Shown: piece by piece, positions 24,201-38,100 of the stretch
Position numbering within the stretch: position 1 is the first letter of the stretch
Layout: the number at the start of each line of letters is the position of its first letter
Assembly (NCBI GenBank): GCA_051362555.1
Contig: CM120648.1
Span: 18,596,587-18,660,586, forward strand
From: Lingula anatina
Lineage: Eukaryota; Animalia; Brachiopoda
Length of the DNA stretch: 64,000 bases
Direction of reading: 5' to 3'
Notes under the pieces: model-generated
The model's input: the letters and a program-made list of their open reading frames with translations, nothing else
Database searches by the model: none
What the model was told of the DNA's origin: nothing
Position numbers and translations under genes: made by a program

Positions 24201-27200
24201 TGTTCACCTTGAAAAGAAAAAGACCATATTCAATAACTGTATGTGAAATTTTACTTTCGAGTACCTCTGCAAGTGACAGGCTTTTTATATCTTATGCTGT
24301 TGTGAAAAATTATCACCAGTTAAATTCTTTTTTGGAAGGGGGGATTTTTTCACGATTTAGATCCCTGTGAATTTGTTAATATAAAAGGGATAAAAACTCT
24401 TCGTATGAGATCTATATTTCACAATACATACATTGTGAGCAACTTATAGAAGCAAACTATATTCTATTATACCACGAAAACTGCAGTTATAGCTATTATC
24501 TGATATCTGAGCTCGTCTCTGGACTAGGTAACCTCCCTTGATGGCTCGACTCTCTTAAGATATAACATTCAAAATATGAATAGAAATAATACCTTTTCTA
24601 ATTGTAGGCAAGTCTGGGTTAATTAAGGGTGCCCACATTGAAAAGAAATAATCTATGCTTCCATTTTTTTTTTTTTTTTTGGGGGGGGGGGTGAAACAAC
24701 CAGATTTGTGCAGATGTTTTTCTTTAAGAGCCCCAAGACGATGGATGTTTTGCACTAGTTACAAATGCTGTATTTATAAATACAAATCTTCACCAGTTAA
24801 TAACTTTGGCTTTGTGCATCTGATCAATTTCATGGAATATGCAAATAAATGAAATCAGTACTAATAAAGTAATGAATTATATTTATTACTACTTAACAAT
24901 AGCAAAAATACATTTGTCTTTCTGTTCATGCTAAGTGCATACAGCCTGCTTCAAATTTAAATTTAATCTGAAATTCAGGAAGTGACAACAGCATTAATAC
25001 ATATCCAGGTAACTGGAGCTTTGCATCTACCTTCAAACAACAAAGTTACACAATTTCATGTGTTTGATACAACCACGTAACCCAAATTTTCTTTACTTTT
25101 CTACAGCTAGTAATGAACATCCAAACTTTCCAAAATTCTACATTGATTTAAAGGACACCATCTCATCCCTATTAAATACCAGTGTGCTGCAAACCATAGC
25201 ATAGCACTAGGTAAAATATATCACGTTTGTGGTCCAACTTTTTTCAAGACTGAAAACTGAAGGACAAAACTGACACCTTATCTGTTGTTAAAATACTGAA
25301 CATAGGCTTCTCTTATGGCTTTGGCATCATACTGTCTCATGTCATGTCCTGGTTGGTATCCATTATGATTTCGATCTTCCTCCACCAAGTCCATCCACTC
25401 CTGGTCAAAGCCTTCATTGTGAACCATGACAACATTATGCAGTGTAAAGCATGCTAGGATCAGCACTGGCACAAATTCAGTTTCAAAATTTACCCTTTGT
25501 TGAAGTATTTGCCATTTCCCTTTGCATCTACCAAAACACCCCTCAATGCACATTCTTCCTCGAGAGTGGCAATAGTTGAAGTTCCGTTGTGCTTGAGAAA
25601 GGACACCAAACTCTGAAAATGTTTTTAACAGCCAAGGTTTGAGGGGATAGGCAGGGTCACCTAATATTAAAATCGGCACTTCTACTCCATTTATCAGTCG
25701 ACTTGTCGGGGGGAATAAAGTCCCACTTTCTGCCTTTTGAAAGATGCTCGACTTTGCTAGTACTCTGGCATCATGCACTTGGCCTGGCCAGCCGGATACC
25801 ACATGCAAGACTCTTAGTTCATGATCACATATCACCTGTAACGGAAAGATGAAAAATGTATGAAATGTGACAAGACTAAAATAATATAATAATAAATGCT
25901 GCTTCTAAAATCCAGTGAAAAATTGCTAAATATTAATAAGAGTCTGAAATAAAACACCAACATTTGAATCATGTTCCAAGACTTTCATAAAACGCAGATT
26001 AAGCACCACCAAAAGGTGTAGCTATGTACTGAGAATACTGTTAACTGTGTATTTGTAAATTATGGGGTGGAATAGGTGTAACTGTACTTAGTGGACAATG
26101 TTTGGTTTTGTATGAAACAAGGCCTCTACAGAGAATCCTGCATGTTGTATATTTATTATTCTTTACCTGACTGACAATGGAATAAAAACTTTTTCTGTTG
26201 TAGTAATCGATCTTGTGTTCGCTTGGAGCAATAATGGGCACGTGTGTTCCATCAATAGCCCCTGCACATTGTGGAACACCCCATTTGGCCTCAAATCCCT
26301 CCACAATATTTTGTAGTCTTCTCCCACTGGGCATCTGAATGAACTTAGGAGAAAGATGGGATGCTATTGCCTGCACAGTTTCTCGGAAAATGTTGCAGGC
26401 TGAAGATATCCCAACTCCAAACAAATGCCCAATGCTTCTGTATTCCATACCAGAGCCACATATCCAGAGAGTCACTGCAACCCTGAGTTCAACTGAATGA
26501 CATCTAGGAAAAACAAAAATTGTTGTTATTGTACAATATTATGTAATGACAATTCCCCAGTTTGGGTTATGAATATAAAAATATTTGAGCTTATAATTTC
26601 CAATCATGGCAGTGATTATCCCTGCTATTGGTCCATATCAGTTGCATTACTGTTTTGTTATTTATTTACCACCAACTTTGGAATTACACAATTTTGTATA
26701 AGAAAAAAAAGTAAGTTTATGCTAAATTACCCATATGCCTTTTATATAACAATAAAGCAACATGACTGTATAATTGACAGTAGTCTGTACCCTTTAGATC
26801 AACAAGAAGACACCACTGTAATATTTAAACTATATAATGCAAATTTTACGGGGAATCATATGCATTCCTGTTCTTCAAGTTATTCTTCAAGCATGTACTG
26901 CCACTTACTTTCTGTTGGAGTTTTTCTCCAGAAAAGGTCTGAGTTCAAGGCAAAGATACTGGAATGTTGCTCTTTTCATTCGGAAATTTTCCATCCAATC
27001 TCCATCCGTAAAAGTCTGATTCACTATATATTCCCACCAGTGGCTTGATCTAAAATATAATTTTAAAATATACATCAAGATGAAAAAAATCCAATTCTGA
27101 CTGTCTAGAAAAGACTTTATATTTGCTTTCATCAAGGTTAAGATATTTTGTTTACCTATGAATAATACTCTAAATGTGCAAAATAATACAAAACTACTAG

Positions 27201-28601
27201 TGAAATGCATGAAAAGCTAGATACAGGAGAGTATTATGATATACGAAAGGGATTGGTCTGCAGTGATTCACCTGTGCTAACCTGCAGTAGCTGGTCATAA
27301 TAATAATAACAACAATAATATAATAATAATAATTATATTAACGTCTCACATTTTAAAAATAAAACTCACCCTCCTAAGGGTTATGAGAGACTAAAAGCTG
27401 TACTGCATTTAAAATTCATTTAAGTTCTTCAAAATTATAACTTATCAACAAAACACATAAAAGGTATATTAAATATACTTTTCAAGCCCTCTTTTCCACA
27501 TCACTGCATATACTTTTTCAGCGGTATAAAATTGTATTTGGTCGTTTAATTGGCATAAGGAATATAAACTTTTCATAGTCATGAAAAGCGGTTAAAAGCA
27601 TTCCAAGTATTTGTCTTATTTTATTTGCACGGTTAAAAAACTTTTCTCCAATGTCTTTTATAGAGCACACATTTAATTAAAAAATGTTTCTCACACTATA
27701 TTTCCTTTGAGGAACAATAAATGCAAGTAGTGCATTTCAAATACAACGACATCGGTTAATTAAAACCATGTTATCCATGCCATGGTTTCACCTCTTCTTA
27801 TCATAAGTATTTTACCTAATTTTATTCTATCACCAAAACAAAAAAGGCGCATGTCACCTACCTTTCTTTCATCCAAACAGTTCGATCAGGCGTGGGGAAC
27901 AAGGCAAACATCAGCATAAGAACGAACTGCGCCCTTTGACGAGACTGCATACGCAAAAATTCTGCCCACCTCCAACTACGTCTACTGGGGCTGTGTAGTT
28001 CTGTGAATATCTCTGGTGATATTATCTCCGTAGATAGTCGATTCGTTGCTACTCTACGGGCCAATTCATTCCTTTTTCGTCTCTGTTTTGACCGATAATA
28101 AAACAGAAGAGCTTTTTTCCTTCGAACGCCTTCAGCCGCCATTTTTCTTCACCACGAGTTTAACTGATGAGCATGCGCACTTGATATTTCTCAGGTAGCT
28201 TCCGCATGGCGAACGGAGCCGAGATTTAATTACTGTACCCCGCAGGGACGACGTGTGGGGAGGCGGAGAGACTATTAAAAGATTAGGCGGTTTTCTTTCA
28301 TGTACGTCCGCCATTTTTAGGTCACTGGCTTTGTAAAGCCTGGCTTAATTCGTTGAGAATCCGCTCTAAGCTACTCAGGGCCCTCATGTAAATAATGGCC
28401 TGTCAACTGTGTGTAATTTCTTTATTAAAAGACCCACATTTTTAAATCTCTCTATTGCTCTTAATATATATTTATATATATATCATTGAATTTTTAGTAG
28501 TGTTAATTTTAAATTGTTCCGATGAGTGTTTTAGATTTTAATATTGTAGTAATTTTAACGATTTTAGTTATATTATCCATTGTAAGCCGCCCAATAAGAA
28601 A

Positions 28602-28663
<62 letters not shown>

Positions 28664-31600
28664 TAATTGGCGCTATTTTTTAGCAATGCTGAGGAGATAA
28701 CACTGATTAATATTCATCTTTGCAATAACCTCAAGGCTTTATATGTATTTTCAGAGTTTATTATGTTTTGGTTAAACTCAATCCATATGCACACTATTGG
28801 AAAATTGAGGGAAGAAGACAAAAATGCCATGCCATACGTCTTGATTATTGGAACTCATAAGGACATGTTATGCCCACAGGTGAAAACGCTTTTCTTATCA
28901 CAATTATTCAATTACTACCATACTTATTCTATGTATAATTTGTATCCCTTCAACCATATCACATTGCGATTCCTGATGAGTGACTTAATTATTTAGAACA
29001 TTTTCACTATGTGACTATTTGTGGATGGCATGATTTAATGTTGGGGGGAAAGGGTGTCCCTTGCCCACTGTACCCTATCCTAATTTTATAGGTTCATTGC
29101 AACATACCCCATTTTTCAACTTGAACGAAGTGGACTATATCATATACACATATATACATGTACATACACACTGGTAGATGTTTTCTTTCGCTGACACTTA
29201 AGCATTATTATATAGTAGTGAAAAACTACAAAAGAATCTTAACATCTTTTCATTCATAGGGCGAGGTTGAAAAGATTTTTGATAAACTCAAGAAGTGTCT
29301 CGATGACAAGCAGGTACTCAAGGACCACGTCTACCGATATTTTGCCATAAGCAACTTGGCCGAAGACGCTGAGGAGTTTGCTGAAATAAAAAGAGCGATC
29401 GAAGATTTGTGCGGTTATAGCAGCGACAGTGAGGCTACCGTTCAACATCTTCCAGTGAGTTGGATTAAATTGGAAATGAATTTGGCAAAGAAGAGTGAAG
29501 AAACACCCATCATAACTATTGAAAAATTGATGGAAATGGCGCAAAGGGTAGGACTCCCTGATGGAGAATTACAAGAAAAATTCATTCCTTACCATCACCG
29601 TCAAGGCGACATCCTACATTTTAAGATTGATGGACTGGAAAATGTCGTCATAATAGATCCACTTTGGTTAGCAGATGTGTTTTCTGCCATCATGACCCCG
29701 GCCAGCATTCACTCTGGATGCAGTCGCGGCCATTTCCTGAAAGATGAGCTTGAAAGAGGAGTCCTAAAAGAGGAGGTATTTGATGAGTATCTAAAAGAAT
29801 TCAAGATGGACGAAAAAAAGACTGAAATCATTCGACTTATGCTGCATTTTGACTTGATGTTAGAAATATCCCAATCAGTTGAAAACCCTCTGCCTGGACA
29901 TGGAAAAAGAAGATTCATCGTACCCAGTATGCTGGTATCAAATAACATTGCAAATGAGACAAATCCGCAGAAATATTTGCTAATCGCATTCCCTCATATT
30001 CTGTTTCCTACTGGGTTATTTCATCGTCTGACCATCCGTCTTCTAAGGAAGTATAAAGCTCAGCAATATAAAAATAACTTCCCAGTTGTCGGGTTTGACA
30101 GCGCCTCCTTCCGCCTGGCTGATAAACAGTCGGTGCTGCATCTCGCCGTTGAAAATAAGGCCATGAAGTTGTTTATAACTAACGCCACTGGACTCCCTCC
30201 AAAGACTCGCGTGTACTCAGAAGCAAGAAAAACAGTTGAAAACGAGTTGACAGTCCTTCGGGATACATACTGCCCCAGGATGCATTTTGGCTACAGCATC
30301 AGGTTAAAAAATGACGGACCCAATATTCCAATAAATGCACATGACGTCCAAACAGCCGATTCCATATGTGTGTATGTAGAGAACTCTGAAGCGTCGGTAG
30401 ATTTAAGGCCATATCGCGTTTGGTTTTCCGGTAAGCAGTTTGAAATATCACGTAGTGTTGTTGTGAATAGACATTAGGCCCTATGCTATTTTAACATAGA
30501 ACATGCATTCCATGTCAATTGGTTCACAGATCTTAAGATTTTAAAAGATCCCTGATTACACAACATGTAATGTCTGAAACCAGATACCATTAGAAAATTT
30601 AGGTTTGATTAGTTTTAATTTTCAAAGTAATTTATCTGGAAAAAAGTATTAAGGATATTTCTGTTTTGTACATATATTTTTGAAAATATTGATTTTTTAC
30701 ACAAACACTAATGACATACAATGTTAGTTATTTCTTATGAATACTCAATTGTATATGCAATAGACTAAAAAATGCTCAATTAGAAATTAATGGGAAAATT
30801 TATATTAATCTACCCTTCTTAAATGAACTAGGTACTTGTTTGTAACATTTTTATTAGAAACAAAAGGCAAGATATCGTATTCAGATTTTACTCAAACATG
30901 TTATGAATTAGCAACCTGTGATAACAAGTCATTAGAAACATGTCAGTGAGAAATAGAACCAAAATTAACAATCATTTCGGAATGACACTTGGATTTTGCA
31001 AGGAAAAGTACGGTGTATGATAGGACATAAAGTATTTTGATGGGGCCCTAGAGGCCAAGTACCAATATATAATATATATTAGGCCAATCTTACCATTTTA
31101 GCAGCCCCAGAGAATCAAGACCGTCGTGCAGCCAAGTGTCCTGAAAACGAGGCAAGTTGTGAGCTTTTAAATGCGTTTGTGTCTAAGTACTGCGCAGCAA
31201 ACACAGAACGTTATTATAACGTTACCATATCATATGTCCAAAAACATTTTGGTAACATTATAGTAACGTTCTGTGTTTGCTGACCATTATCCTCACTTGC
31301 ACAAGTTTTAGTAAGACCATGAAATTAAATGTACTTGTATATACACAAGCATAAGAAAAATTGGATACACTTAGGCATAAATGCGCACTTTTCACTCTGT
31401 TACACTTGCTATACGACCTCCGATACAGGTATTTCTAATGATAAATTTCACATAAAGACGGTGTATGTGTGCGTTTCAGTACAAGAACGATTCCGAACCG
31501 AGAGGTCGTGCACTCATTGTCAACAACAAGACATTTTCCGTGGACTGGCTTCGAGAACGTGATGGTACCGAGGTAGACGTTGTTGCCTTGAGGAAACTAT

Positions 31601-34600
31601 TCCGTTACCTCCATTATGAGACAGACGTTATCAGTAACCTGACTGCAAACGTGAGTTCATTAATAAGATCATGGTGTGTTTGTAATAAAACGAACATTGT
31701 AAAAGCCAAATGGCTTTTAGGTTTCAAAGACTAACATACTTTTTGGTGATATCTAAATATATTTATCAGTGATACAAAGATGATACAATTGATACTTGAA
31801 CCTTTTGGTTCAAAACAGGTGTTGTCAAACAAACTTTTGGGTCACATTTTATTATGTATATCTATTTCACTGCAATACATTTTTCTACTAAAATGAAGCT
31901 TTTCACTCGTTTCTGTTCATTGCATGTATTTGTATTTATATGAGAGACGTATGGTACACTGTATAGTTATACAACATTGGTCAAAAAGGTTGTCCCACCC
32001 CTATTTCCATTTACTTTTATTTACAAATGATCACCTTACAGCTGTAAATTGTTAGAAGTAGTGCTTTTTATGTACAGACACATCTACATATAGCCATTAT
32101 CTGCGTCTGTCATCGCCGTCGTCGCTGTCGCCGTGCACTTTTACCGATAACACGATAAGTGGAAAACTGTTTTGTCTTTTGGCTTGAAACTTACAGAACT
32201 GATGAATATTCATAATACGCAGGTCAAGTTCGAAAATCAGCATGATCGGGTCACTTATAGGGAATTTATGCTGTTTTTTCACTTTTTTCAGCATATATAC
32301 AGCACCGATAACACGATAAGTGGAAAACCATTTTACTTTTTGGCTTGAAACTTACAGATCTGATGAATATGATCTGATGAATATTTATAATACGCAGGTC
32401 AAGTTCGAAAATCAGCATGATCGGGCCATTTTTAGGGAAGTTATGCTATTTTTTTCACTTCTTTCAACATATATGCAACGCTAATAACACAATATAAGAA
32501 AAACAGATAGGCCAATTGTCATTATACTCACAGGAGTAGTCAAACTAACTAAAATGCAGGTTGAGTTCCAAAATCAGCATAATCGGGCCATTCTTTTAGA
32601 AGTTATGCTGTTTTTTCTTATTTCCTCAGATTCAATTGTTAGGCATGTTAACAGTCTCATTATTGAACTAATAGGATACGTAAAAGTGTTTGTTTGACAT
32701 TTCCTGCATCTTAATAACATTGTTAGTTGATTATGTAAAAATGATGGTAAACTTGTTATTGTGTATTATGTTATAAAGTGTCAAAAATGGAAATAAACAA
32801 ATATCATTGCAGTTTCTCAGATTCAATCATCTACTATATTCATTATCTCAGAATGGAGGAAATTGGACATTTAACACTGTTCTATTGATATTTTTCCCCA
32901 TCTCATCAATTTTCTTAGTTAATCATATACAAATGGTAGAAAACTGTTTATTGTTTTATGTTAAAAAAGTGTTTTAAAAATGGAAGTAAACCCATTGCAG
33001 AACAGTGCTGTCTTGTTTCAGCATATATGCAGCACCGATAACACGAAGAGTGGAAAACCATTTTACCTTTTCCCTTGAAACTTACAAAACTGATGAATAT
33101 TCATAATACGCAGGTCAAGTTTGAAAATCAGCATGATCGGGTCATTTTTAGGGAAGTTATGCTGTTTTGCACTTTTTTCACCATATATGCAACACTGATA
33201 ACATGATGAGTGAAAAATCATTTTACCTTTTGGCTTGAAACTTACAGAACTAATGAATATTCATATTACGCAGGTCAAGTTCGAAAATCAGCATGATCGG
33301 GTCATTTTTAGGGTAGTTATGCTGTTTTTTCACTTTTTTCAGCATATATGCAGCACCGATAACACGATAAATGGAAAACCATTTTACCTTTTGGTTTCAT
33401 ACTTACAGAACTGATGAATATTCATAATACGCAGGTCAAGTTTGAAAATCAGTATGATTGGGTCATTTTTAGGGAAGTTATGCTGTTTTTCACTTTTTTC
33501 AGCATATATGCAACACTGATAACATGATAAGTGGAAAACCATTTAACCTTTTGGTTTGAAACTTGCAAAACTAATGAATATTCATAATACTCAGGTCAAG
33601 TTTGAAAATCAGCATGATCGGGTCATTTTAAGGGAAGTAATGCTGTTTTTTCACTTTTTTCAGCATGTATGCAACACCTTTGTGCTATATGACGGTACTG
33701 TATGGATAGCAGTCTTTAAAATTGTCCCTTGGGTGATCACTAATTAAATTAAGGTCTATAAAGTCACTTGCCTACTCATTAATTTTCAATTGGCCATTAA
33801 ATGAGATTACATAAAACACTCCTTGAGATTTCCCTGTAAAGTCCCATAGGTTTAGCTCTCTTAACTGTGTCACAAAATTAGGATTTGGTGATAAATGTGC
33901 AGATAAATGGTGTTTAACATTGCAAATAATTTACAACAAAAAGAATGTGTTATGCCAACATGCTATAGATGCGTAACAGTGCTTTATTTTTCTCAAACTT
34001 GGTGGGGTTATTAATATCAAGTTAATACAGCTAGATTAAAAGTTTGAATAGCAGCTTTATTGGAATTTTTTACGTTTTATTTAATTTTTTTTAAATTATT
34101 TTTCAAACACTAGCATCTTCAAGATGTGATTTTATACTCCCATCCACCAGAAGTGCTGTGCATTTTCTGTATTTTTGTATATAATTGTTATTTCTTCAGA
34201 TTTAATTCTTAGCCATGTTAACAGTCTCATTATGGAACTAATAAGATATGTAAAAGTGTTGTTTTGACATTTTCTGCTTCTTAACAATATTGTTTGTTGA
34301 TTATATAAAAATGACGGTAAACCTGTTATAATATTGTGCATTATGTAATAAAGTATCATAAATGGAAAGGAACTCATCATTGCAGTTTGTCAGATTAAAT
34401 CATTCACTATGTTCAGCATCTGCAAATGGAGCAAATTTGACATTGAAAATTGTTCTATTGATATTTTTCCTATGTCAACAATTTTCCTAGTTGAACATTT
34501 AAAAATGACAGTTTATTGATCATTTTGTTTTAAAAAAGGTGTTGAAAATGGAAAGAAAATCATTTCAGTACAGTTATCTCTTGTTTACATTTTGGCATTT

Positions 34601-35067
34601 TGAAAGTGTGACTCTGAACTTCCATGGCCTTGAAGACCTTCCCAAATCACATTTTCTGAATATTCATGATACTTTTATTTTTTTATAAAAATTTGATGGT
34701 CATTATGCTGTTAAGTATTATGTTTTATTGCATGAAAGTTGAAGAAAACCCTATTTTGGACACTGCTGCCAGGATAGCGATTAAGGGAAAACCATGTTAC
34801 TTACGATACTGAAACTTAGTGAAAAGTTTCATAAGACAGAAATGCGCAGCTTGTGTTTGAAAACCAGTGTGATTGTTTTCTGTTTTGGAGGCAATGCAGG
34901 TTTATAGAGTGCTATACTGGCATTTTCAAGTTGTGACTTATCACTCCCATCTGCCAGGAGCCCTGTACTCTTACTTTGTAACATTTTCTGTATTTTGTTA
35001 AGTTACATGAATGATTCTTAGGATTGACATACAGCCAAAAAAAAAAAAAAAAAAAAAAATTAATAAT

Positions 35068-35143
<76 letters not shown>

Positions 35144-38100
35144 GAGTTTAAGCAATTTTTTTTTTTGTGTGTAATTTTCACTGTACCTCATTCAGGCATT
35201 TCCAAAGTTTAACTCTTATCAGCCTGACACCTTAGGGACTATTTCCAGACTCTATCACGCTAACTGTGGATCGATCTATCTCCATGGGAATTCTCGCTAA
35301 ATTGCAATCAATGTAAGTGGCTTAGTTGTCTGTCACGCCTACTGAAACTGGCATGCCAGAATCCTAAGACTCTCAAACTGAAAGCAATTTAGTGAGAAAC
35401 CCCTTGGAGTTGGATTGATCCTGTTAGATTGATCTAGGTATGGGAACTTGGTCTAATGCTTGATACACCTTTTACTTTCATCCTAATCCAATGTTTTGCA
35501 GAATAAGAATTTGATGTTGGCTATGCAGTTACAGTAAGCATAATACATTAGTTCATCAGAATTGACAGTATCCTATTTCCTGCGTTTTTATTTTCTGGTT
35601 TTTGTCTGTACATTTGACAGCTTTGCTGCCTTGTTATTACGGATACCGTGTCTAACTTGATTAATGGTTTTAAAAATACAAAATAGTGGTGAAAATATAC
35701 ATATTTTATACCATTTAGTAAAATTTATAAGAGGTACCCCCTAAAATCGACTGTTTCACTGTGACTTCTACAGATGTAAAGTAATGTCTATAAAATTGAA
35801 AAGACGCCATCAAATTTCACCAAATTCACACACAATAAGCATTAGGGCATGCTTGTTAAAGGTCACGTGCCTAACAGCGTGCACGTGTGTGTCTGCCGCG
35901 TACTGCAATTATCTCCTGTAGACGGCGCGACAAGCCTTCAACACGGGTTACAATTCTGCTTTGTGGGATATTGTCCGATTCTTCTTAAACAAGATGGGGG
36001 ATTTGGCCCAGGTTTTTATGGGGTTGGTTCTTTACATCTGTAGAAATCATAGTGAAACAGTCGAATTGAGGGGTATCTCTTATAAATTTAACTAAATGGT
36101 ATAAAATGTGTATATTTTCACCACTATTTTGTATTTTTTTTAACCATTAATCATGTTAGACACGGTATCCGTAATAAAAAGCACTATTTCTAACAGTTCA
36201 CAGCTGTGAGGTGATCATTTGTAAATAAAAGTACATGGAAATGGGGGTGGGACAACCTTTTTGACCCATGTTGTATACAGACAGACATGGCGTACAATCT
36301 ACATATATACCAGCATATGTCCGTCCTCGGTGGCTACTGCCTTTCACATTCTCTGTTTGCGTCAAGTATGAATTGATGCTGCCATTTTGCTTTACGCTGA
36401 CGTTGATAACCCAATTCCGTACGTACCACGTCTCTGCAGTCATTGCATGCTATTTCGTTTGAAGTACACTGTTTTTATGTCACTTCTTCTTTTATTTTAA
36501 TGTGTAAAGGAAATGAAGGAAGAAATAGAACAAGAAAGTCAAAGAGACGATCACAAGATCTACGATTCTTTCATCTTGTTTCTACTGAGCCATGGTACCG
36601 AGGGTGCTGTTTATGGAACGGATGGCGCTCCTTTACCCTTCAAATATATCAAAGGCATTTTGAATAACAGGAACTGTCTTGGCCTGTCGGGCAAACCGAA
36701 AATGATATTTATTCAGGCTTGCCAGGGAAGTAAGTTATGGAATGTATTACACAAGCTTGAATACCTGCGATGAAAATAACATGCAAAATTATTAAACAAA
36801 TGTATTGAGATATTAAACTGTATTAACAGTTTGTCTCCTTTAAATTATATTTAGCCACACGAAACGAATACGCTTAGTATTATGTAATTGTTTAATTAGT
36901 TAAAGGATTTGCATCATGCCATCAGAATGGCCTGAACGGAACATATTCTTCAGAAAACATGCCCAACTAATGATATCTTTATCCAAATACACAAATTAAA
37001 AGCTCATTTTGTAAATTTTTGGCTTTAAAAAACGTCCTATTTGCTCGGCCTGGGAGTTAATGAGCTACGTGGTCACGTGGTCCGATGACGACAATCGAGC
37101 CACTGGAGAACAGAGCGTGCTTAGCTGTCAAACTGAGCTGCATTGTCTACCTATAAGATGACTTCTCTGGCTTCTGATAAAGTTTATACTCATTCAAATC
37201 TCTTACCCGAGGGGTCTAAATCCTCGTGAAGCTGTGTAAAACCATTTCCCGTCTAGTCAATTCTTAAACAAGCATTTAATTATGGTTGTCCCAAGTTGTA
37301 TAAAACACTGCATTTGAATGAGTTAAAGGAAATGTTGATTATTGCATATGAGGTCCATGTTATTTGTGAAATTCAATTTATTTTGTTAAACCGCTGACAC
37401 TCCGTCTTGCATACTTTTATTAAACTGAGGTAAACAATGCCCGTTACCTTAACAAGTCCTATCTTAATCATCCATCTAACTGGAACTTCCTTTACCTCTT
37501 AATTAGAGGGTTAAATGGCATTCAATTTGTCTTGCTTGTATATAACGCACTCTCTATCTAAGCTTTACTCCAGTTATCTCAGGTAAAAATCTACCTGTGC
37601 GTTAGTTACAAAGAGCAGCTCACGTAGACCTGGGGGTACCAGATAAAATCTGAACACCAGGTTTATCGAGGAGCTAGAGAGAGAAACGAAGAATTTTTCC
37701 TGCACAACTTCATAGGAGTTTTAATACAGACTTGATCCAGCTTAGACCTCCAAACTAACAGGGTGACATGGGCAATTTTCACAAACAAATCATAAAACTA
37801 TATTTCAGTTAACCGCCTTTGAAATAAATATACCGTTCTGGGTAAATTAGAATAGTTATTAAATCGAAAGAATATTTTTGACTTAAATGATGATTTTATT
37901 ATTAATGGAAATTAAGCTACTATATGAGGTACATTTGCTGTGATTACGCTGTCCTTCATGTTTTGCGTAAGTCTACATTTTGCTGTATGTGCTTGTAATT
38001 TTTTTAAATATGTGCGTACAATTTTTACAGGTCTGGTTACCCCCCTGTTATGTGATGAGAGTATAAATTTGGCAATTAGTTCCTTAGCTTATTTAAATAG

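Larger units (their letters stand above)
13901..28367. mobile_element. PIF/Harbinger DNA transposon (about 6.9 kb native) with two nested insertions, inside a host intron
   Basis: 201-bp TIRs with one mismatch, a DDE transposase on the - strand and a convergent Myb/SANT partner on the + strand. Confidence 0.95.
31972..36273 (-). mobile_element. Tc1-like deletion derivative with ~240-bp imperfect TIRs, left TIR split by a HINE
   Basis: TA flanks. 31972-32064 plus 35636-35780 is inverted at 36031-36273. A - strand remnant EESDNIPQSRIVTRVEGLSRRLQEIIAVRGRHTR resembles a Tc1 transposase C-terminus. Confidence 0.8.

Noticed and set aside
26497-27048. 183-aa + strand ORF
   Set aside because: Antisense to a transposase exon and intron, with no protein-like features.
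35225-35465. Degenerate palindromic segment (tctcgctaaattgc / gcaatttagtgaga)
   Set aside because: Likely an old small foldback element, too decayed to define ends.
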